From Acanthaster planci (taxonomy: Eukaryota): a stretch of 64,000 bases of DNA. Of the stretch, positions 55,801-64,000 are shown one piece after another. The notes below the pieces were generated by a model that saw only the letters and a list, made by a program, of their open reading frames with translations, was not told where the DNA came from and ran no database searches. Position 1 is the stretch's first letter, and every line of letters starts with the position of its first letter. Made by a program: the position numbers and the translations under genes. The DNA is taken from positions 1,714,866 through 1,778,865 of the forward strand of contig NW_019091361.1 in assembly GCF_001949145.1 (NCBI RefSeq). The letters are read 5' to 3'.

Positions 55801-58739
55801 AATCTAGGGGAAAATGTTTTCTGTCATTTAACCCTAACACTCCCAAATCCTCCAATTTCAATACGATTTTACATACACCCTAGGGGGTTAGGGCTAGTAT
55901 AAGAATTCAAGAATGAACTGTTTTTGTCTCTCAGTACTGCTTTGAAGTGCAGGAATGTTTTGCTTAGCCTACACAGTGGAGATCATTTTAGTCAGCCTCA
56001 CCTTACATTGCCTCATTGCACACACATTCTTCACTGAGGAGTAAGGCCCCTTGAGAATCTGTACATGTATGTAAAAATAATATCGGTACATGCACATGTA
56101 CCATAGCTTTCTCTTATTTGTATGTCATTTTATACATTGTCTATAGATTTATTACACTCACTCCTGGTAAGTTTGAAGAGAGAATCTTGGTGTCATTCTC
56201 CAGCCTATATACATACAGTATTTAAGGGTCCTGTATGCGCTATGCCGTCATTATTTAACATGCTATCATCATTGTTTACTGGTACAATGGAAGGGGATCT
56301 GAGAAACTGCATGGATTCTATTAAAACATGATGTATTTTCATCACTTGAGAAGTACATTTTGCATGCAGCGGCTGCATTGTTTTGTCATTGAAGCCATGC
56401 ATCATTCAATTTCCATCAGGCTATATCTAGGCATGAATCATACGAGGCTTGTGAAGCCTCAAGCGGCTCAGTAAAGTGCATCGTCGTGTCATTTTTATCA
56501 AATTTTTATGAGTCGAACCACTCTCTTGGAAAGATGCCAATCACTCATTGGATTCGCCACAATGAATAAATTAGGAAGGATGTTCTCCTTTTAGACAGTA
56601 CCTGGTCATTTTAGCATGACACACTGTTGAATCTTGAGATGTACGAGTACAGGTACACATGTATGTTGGCTACAAAGGGTCAGTATGTAATGCTTTTATG
56701 TTCATAGTGCATTAAAGGAGCCACCACCAAACTCTCCCCTCTCCCGAGTTCGTAAGGAAGAAGAAGAAACATAATTTTATTTTTGAAAAATACTGTTGAC
56801 CCTTAAAAAAGGAAGGGTCTTTAAGTAGCGAAGGTTACACATATTTCATCTTCCGCTGGGGAACAAATTTTTTATTTGGCATTAAATTTTTAAGTTACAT
56901 ATACTTTAAAGAATCTGTAGCATAGCACATTTTCATAAACTGTGTACACTTATGACCACATTGAATAAAATAACAACAGTGGTATCCAAAAATATTCAAA
57001 CCTGTGACTTATTCTGTTTCTGTTGATTACATGTACATTAATTGTAAGGTTTGTATCTAAAAAGCTTCCATGTAGTGTTTGTGACAGGTGTAGTATGTTT
57101 GAATTTATTTGCTGAATGGTTCTGTCTCTCACTTGTCATTAATCACAATGCCATGTATGACATTTCAGAATTTCTGCTACATGTACTAGCACATATACAT
57201 GTACACAGTATCGATTGCTTGTTTACATTCAGTCTTGTAATCTGAAGTGCAGAACAGAGAAATCCTTCCAGCAAATTAAAGTCACAATGCGCATTGTGCC
57301 TACCTGTACCAAGTATAGTGTTTATCAGCCCAAGAATAGTGTCATCACCACCTCATTTCCAGCAGGATTTTTACCAAATAGGAACAATGAAGACAGCAGA
57401 TATAATCTGTTGGTGTGTCATCACCATTGCCTCATTTGTTTGTGATGACATGCTTCACAACTCATCACAACTGTAATGTTATCCTTTTGGTGATGGCTGT
57501 ATTAAAGGGGCAGTGTTGTCATCATCTGGGCAGAATTTAACTTCTCTCATGACTTTAATGGTTGCTGTTACGAAAGATACATGTAAACGTTAGAAGCTCT
57601 TGAGGCTCAAAGACTGAAGTTATTAGTCCTAAAAACAGCATTATGGCTCACTAGTGTAAATACATGAATATTACAAATGAATTGTCGCAATGAAACCAAA
57701 AGAATTGTGACTAAAAACAGTTTCGAATATTGTTTCATTTACATTTGCACAATGCATACAATTAAAATTGGTCATTTATGCCTTTTCAAGTTTTTATTTT
57801 ATAGTGTCTCACTTCTTGAATGTCAAAATAACTTTGTTTCTGGCAAGTGTTCTCTAGAACCATTGAATATTTTGCCATGAAGGTGTTTGCCTGTTCACAG
57901 GACACCTACCATTTTTCCACGAGTGATTCCGCATTGCAGTCTGATTTACCAGTTTTTCTTGGCAGAAAAACCTAAATTGATTGCGTTGCCAATTAAAGTG
58001 CACTTGTTTCCCTGAAAAAGGAAAAAAAAAAAGCTTTGCGCTGTGCATCCCAGTTTGGCACTTTTGATGAGTTAACCATTCACCAGATGGGCCAGTCCAC
58101 ATCATCCAGCGCTCCCAAGATTACGACCATAAATCCACACATCTGTAATTCCAATGAAGCCAGCATTTCCTCCTCCCTGCCTCCTACCCATTTTACTTTC
58201 TCTTGCTCTTTCACTTCATTTATCTCATCACCGTGATTAATCACGTTGGAGAACTCTATCGCATCAATCATTCCAGTCAGACAATTCCAACTCCTAACAA
58301 ATGGGATATGGTAGGGTTGGTGTAGCATGATTATTCATAAGATGACTCTCCCACTGAGCGAATATACTTATTCAGGTGCATGTATGTGCACATGTGTGTT
58401 TGAAGGAACCGTGCTCCCAGCATACAACTTTACTGTGTACTTACACATGTATCACTTGGAAACTGTACTGGTTGTATTCTGATTTCAAGAAACTTCAAGA
58501 AAGGAGGTACATGTAAATGAAATTTTAAAACTAAAAAGGTGTTTTGTGCAATTATTCTATTTCCTGTATTTTGCTAATTTTTCCAGAACCTTAAAGGAAC
58601 AGATTGAAACAAATGTACATTATAATTGCTAGGCTGATTCATTCCCAAGACTGGTAATAATATATGTACCAGTACATCAATAGCATGTACAGTCAGGGCT
58701 GCTGAGGATTGAGACTGATACAAACAGGTTGTTACGGGT

Positions 58740-61700
58740 GTCTGTAGATAATTCTATGGTTCCCATTTCAGAACACACCTCCCTGTCAAGAGTCCAAATG
58801 CCACCAGCCCTGTCTGGGATTTCCCAACATGAAAACTTATCTGAAGATTTTCCGGGAAAAAAGCAAGTGAATTTTCCTCACCTACTATCTGCTTTATTAT
58901 AAATGGTCGTTCTGATCATTGTCACTCCAAGTATCTGGCAAATTGGTACCCGGTCGGAGAGCAACTCTTGTGGCACACCAAACCAGCATACAAACTCTTG
59001 CACTATCTTTAGTGCTACTGTCTTGGCAGCGGAATCTGGAAGGGGGTATGCCTGAACCCACTGTGTATGGTAATTGCATACTACCAATATCCATTGACTG
59101 CTGCTATCTGTCGTCGGCAGTCGCCCAAACAAAACTGTGGCTACCTTCTTTACAGGCATGCCTGGGTACTTGTCCCCTTGCTCATCAAGTCTCACAAACT
59201 CTGCAGAAATGATCTGACATCATCTCTTTTTCATCTTGGCCAATGTCTTACTCATGTCTTACTCATTCCCACGTGGCCACTCACCTGTCCACCATATGCA
59301 CTTTTCTTTTATGTCTTTCCGAAGTTTCAATAGCAATCTGATCAAATTGTCACCATCTGACTCCCACTTTTTCCCCTTCTTGGACTGCTAACTGGTCCCA
59401 ACACAATCAGTAAGTCTAAACCTCCGGAAGGTTCTTTGCCTGTGGCTTTCCTGGCATCTATGGTCTCCTCTTGACCACACTTATTTTTTTGTCCTTTTAC
59501 TCTCCACTCTTGAGTTTCGAAGTCCAAATATGCACATGTAGGTAAAAGGAAGTCCATACCTAAAATACCACGGTACTTCATCCCTAGAAAAACTGCCTTG
59601 ACTGGATGGCGGGGTCTTACCCACCTGCACATCTACCCAAACGAGTCTCACTTTAACTGGCCCTGTGTCCAAGACTGATCTCTTTTTTGGTTTTCAGATA
59701 GTAAACTGTACTAAGTGATGAGTGTGTCTGTGGAACCTGTGTCAATTTAAAATGGTACCCGGTTCCTCTTGATCACCACACTATCAACAATCTACCCCAG
59801 AGATCTAGACCAGCGTTGGCCACTGGAAGGGCTATTTCCCTTCTTCCATCCTCTGATTTCCTCTCTTTTACTGATGTTCCCATCCTGTCATCCCCTCCTC
59901 CCCCGCAGACCCTATGGGAGGCTGGACCCCGTTTCCCTGTTTCTGGGGTTGCTGCTTGGGGTTCTTGCATTTTCTTACAAGGTTTCCCATCTCGCCAAAC
60001 CTAAAACAGCTTTGGTCACCTTGCTTGTTCTCTGAGTTTTTTCCCTTTTCTGAGAGTTTCTACCCACTTCTCCATTTGTGACATATGTTTGCCCTGGCTG
60101 TTGTGACAACTTTGTCAACAGTTCTGTCAAGTTATTCAGCCCACCCTCTAATTTGCTTAATCTTTGTCCCATCCCAGAGTCTAATACTCTTACAATTTTG
60201 GCAGGCTTACCATTAAGCATTTACTCCTGCTGGACTCTCTCAAAATTCTCAAAATTCTAGAGCTGCGTGGTGTGAGCACTCAATCAGTATGAAGTCAAAC
60301 ATGCAAATCTTTCTCAGGAAAATAAGTTATTATCTATTTACAGTCCTAAGGTTCTCTCTTTCACAGTTATGTACCGTGAATTCCTCAAATCTTAGTATTC
60401 ATAAAAACCTGACGTCAGAGGATTGTTTCAGAGTTTATTAAAAGGGAAATTACATTGGACACCCAAAACACCAAACCCATGCTTTGAAGCTAACACCTGT
60501 TCCCTGTGGGATTACTCAACATTACATTTTGTGCATAATTACAGGAAAAATAGATCCAAAGTGTAAAGTCAAATCACATTTATTTAGCTTCTACAGCAAA
60601 ATACTCCACAATTAGGATGCATTGGAAAAATAAGCAAAGCAAATTACTAAGAAAGCCACCAAGACTACTTCCAAATACAGGAAAAGAACAAAATTCACCC
60701 AACTCTAAGGCTTGACTCCATATTACCACTAACTTGGATTCACCACAAAGGCTAAGCATTGTCACAGAGGCTGACAAGTGCCACACAGGTTAGATATAAC
60801 GCCACACAGACTAAAAAATGCCACACAGGCTAAAATATCGTAAAATAAATTATAAAACCAAGCCTTTCAATGTTGAGATTTAACAGTTCATCTTGGTCCA
60901 GTCCTAGTGCACTGCCAGCACAGGTAGCCACACCCTCACTAGACACAGCGCAGAACAGTCAGGATGAAGTACATCTTGGCTGGACCCAAAGGTAGTGAAA
61001 TGCCATAAGGTAGGGCTCTAGTTTGTGGCCTCCCGGTTGCCTGTAGTCAGTCACCAGTTCCAAAGTCTTCTGACAGTCCGCTTAGAACAGAGAAAAGATG
61101 TTCATAAAGATTGGCAACCCTAAAGAGCACAAGGCCCATAGCTGAACTTTGTAGCTTGCTGAATGGAAGAGCTTGACCACTGGTGTTACAAGGCTATGCA
61201 GCAAGACAGCTGACTGACCATGGGTAGCACACCTCTGCTCTATATACGACATACTCTTTCACACTCCAGTGTACCCAATGAAAAGACCACATCCAACTGA
61301 AACATCCCATCTGTTTGTACTTACCATTGAAATGTAAAGTCTACAACCCAGAGCCCCTATAATACCTTGCGTAAAATACAAGTCAATGACATCAAAGACA
61401 GAAATGAACATATAAATCCAGCAGCTTCCTTTTGATGCAACCAAAACTTGGAAACACAATAAAACTGTAGGCCCTACATTAACAAAAACAAAACTCAAAA
61501 TTTCAAACAATAAAATGGGCTGAGATCTGACACCTGGATGGCATCATCCAAATTCTTTGGACGAGCCCAGTTTATACCTTCTTGTATAGACAGACTTTTC
61601 ACTGCCTCTAGAAAGTGATTATTTGCCAATCAGTCTCATGATTCCTTCTGAAAATCAGACTATGCCTTGACCACCAATTCTTGTATTTCTTGACCCAGCT

Positions 61701-62810
61701 TTTGTAGGATCTCTTTCAGCTTATGTTGATGATGCCTCACAACTCAACGAGACATTTGTCACTTTGGCAATCTTAACCTCCTTTCAATTGCCAGCCCACT
61801 ATATGAGGAGTGCTCCCGGCGAGATGAAACGTCCCTTAGGGCGTTTCCTTGCAGACTATCAACCAAATAAGTAGCATCCTGCTCTTCATTCCACTGGTTC
61901 TCTACATGATTCAACTTGCCAGAAATATTCTTCCCACAGTGTCGTGCCATTGTATCTGTTGGGATGACATTTGGGCGGTGGTTTGGCTGTGTCCAATGTC
62001 TTACTCTTCCCTTCACCAACTCTCTTTTCTCTCTTCAGAGGCCATAGCCCTACTAAAATGGTGTGTTTTCTCCACCGGGCTGCTGCTGACCACGTCCACT
62101 GGACAGTTTGCAAAGCTTAATAGCTCGCTGTTGGTCAGTATCGCTGGTGGAATCTTTTCTGCACTCTGCGGGGTCAGGCTACAGCTCTTTGCAAGCTGAT
62201 CCGCTCCACCTGAGCCCGAAAGAAAGGACTTGTTTCCTCTATTGCACTATGATGTGCTCACTGGTTGGACGTCTTCCAAACCAGCTTCTCTTTGGAATTA
62301 CTTTTCCAAACTCCACTGTCTATCCACCCTTGGGAAGTAAATATGGTGAGCTAAGCCACTAGACTACCTGTCTCCAACTGAGAGATAGCCAGAACTTACT
62401 GCTGGCAACCTGAATACAATCTCAAATCCACTTTTTTTCTGGCACATCCATTCATCTCAGAGGTGCCTCCAATCCTTCCTAAGGGAGTTTTCTGATCTAA
62501 TTTCTTTGCCATGAGATCTCTCTCCCACTGGATCAGAGGAACTGCAGCAATTCTTACTTAAGCCTCTGCAGCTCTGCCTCCATATTCTGAGTACTCTGTC
62601 TATACTCATTATCACCGCAGTCTTGCTAATGGTACACATAACCCTGTTTCTCACAGGGTTACTTCACTCAGCCACTTTCTGTTTTGTGCTTCTGACACCT
62701 CACATTCACTTGCCAGCACAGGAAAACTCTCAACTTTGCAACCAATAATACTAACACATGTCTTGATCTACAATACCGACCCAATCAATGCAATCCCACT
62801 TCTGACATCA
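58740..62810 (-). mobile_element. Decayed Gypsy/Ty3 LTR retrotransposon internal region (gag, protease, integrase remnants)
   Basis: Frameshifted gag (RYNGTTLWEEY; NQWNEEQDATYLVDSLQGNAL ~61800-61990). Degenerate zinc knuckle CFRFGEMGNLVRKC ~59970-60010. Protease IDTGST ~59730-59750. Integrase WILVVCNYHTQWVQAYPLPD...EFVCWFGVPQELLSDR 58950-59095. Many stops and frameshifts. The left boundary is approximate. Confidence 0.85.
62793..62810 (-). other. Primer-binding site complementary to the tRNA-Leu 3' end; the 5' LTR probably lies from 62814 upward
   Basis: Minus strand reads ...aataaatcccaCA-aat-tgatgtcagaagtgggat, one mismatch from TGGTGTCAGAAGTGGGAT. The far LTR boundary was not determined. 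Confidence 0.75.
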
Positions 62811-63731
62811 ATTTGTGGGATTTATTCCCAGTGAGCCAGTCTAAGTGTAGGTGGTATTTAGGAAAACTATCTCAAGTCTCTGGGGAAAATCACCTAACCT
62901 GAACACAAACTCTGCCTTGGCCCTTTAGTTTCATGAGAAATCCAAGGCCCAGGTATGCGGTCATTTTTGCAGAAATATACCAACAGTTGGTAATTGATGG
63001 GTGACTGTTGACTGACACAAGAACAAACATGTATGGTACAACAAGAATTATTGGCAAGACCATAGGAACCGCTGGTTTAATACTCTCCTCTTCTCTACAA
63101 TAACTTTTACACAGTTGGGTTTCAACAATGAACCTCAACATTTATAAAAGAACACTAGAATAATCGGCACGGAGCTGCCTATAAGACGCACCCCGTACAG
63201 TGCTGTCTATAATCGGCACTGTGCTGCCTATCTGCACTCTGCACAGTGCTGTCTAAATCCCCACCCGTAATCCTCACTCAGGTGACTTCCCTGAGATCAC
63301 CCAAAATATCAGTGGATCGATTGCAAGTGTCTGCTCTGATTATATGGGTACCTAAAGGCAAAGCTACAGATTCTTTCTCTGCCCAGTTTCCAACCGCCTT
63401 CCTCATGGTGGCCTCTGGACAGAACTCGGCACCCACACAATCTTCCTCAGATAGAGCACGTACCGCACTACTGTTGCATGGTCCCACCTGACCGATTCTA
63501 AGACGGTATACATTTGACAACTACCGGTAGAGTCAACCTTTGGGGATTATAAATCGCTTTAAACACTGTTTAATCTGCACAACTATTTGCATTTTTCAAG
63601 TCACTGAAACTGTGACTGATAACGTGCAGATGCAGCGTGTACGTATACAGCAGAAGTGGCTGAACTTCCACAGTGGTGCAGATATATGCGGCGATTGTTT
63701 CAGCAGTACATATTTGATTCAAAACTGGATT

Positions 63732-63908
63732 CAGTGTCGTAACTAGGGCTGTTACGTTTCGGGGCACCCAGGGGTGCACACATTTTTAGGGGGGCACCAA
63801 CAGACACAATTAACTGCAGCAGGTTCATGGATTTCATGGTAGAGGGAGGTACGGGCATTCGCTGGGGGGGGGAATGTCCCCCGTGGCCCCCCCATAGTTA
63901 CGCCACTG
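63732..63908. mobile_element. hAT-like MITE (~177 bp)
   Basis: TIRs cagtgtcgtaacta / tagttacgccactg. The 8-bp flanks match only partly. Confidence 0.65.
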
Positions 63909-64000
63909 ACTAGTCTCCTAACTGATCTATCCTGAATGGGAAATCCACATGCCGTACAAACCGTGGTTTCACTTATGCCATATTGACCATCAAGCGCATT

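Noticed and set aside
57854..58328. Short ORFs as exons of a further gene
   Set aside because: No recognisable domain or consistent splice chain.

Overview
Intron-rich eukaryotic DNA. The gene and repeat style looks like a marine invertebrate animal, but that is inference and the species is not identifiable here. Four protein-coding genes were rebuilt exon by exon with consistent reading phase: (1) a zinc-dependent medium-chain alcohol dehydrogenase (minus strand, 3' end outside the window); (2) ribosomal protein S6 (plus, 5 coding exons, 247 aa, 5'TOP start); (3) the NMD helicase UPF1 (minus, 21 coding exons, 1147 aa, one U12-type intron); (4) a GLD-2/TENT2-type poly(A) polymerase (plus, 12 coding exons, 646 aa). 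RPS6 and UPF1 are tail-to-tail with nearly abutting poly(A) signals, and UPF1 and GLD-2 are head-to-head. The rest holds many MITEs (three piggyBac-like copies), a tRNA-derived SINE, probable LINE 3' ends, a decayed Gypsy LTR retrotransposon and a possible spliced non-coding or micropeptide transcript at about 51.3-55.2 kb. No CRISPR, rRNA or tRNA genes were seen. I found no clear wholly new system; the best leads are regulatory architectures around UPF1, RPS6 and GLD-2. All coordinates were read by eye.
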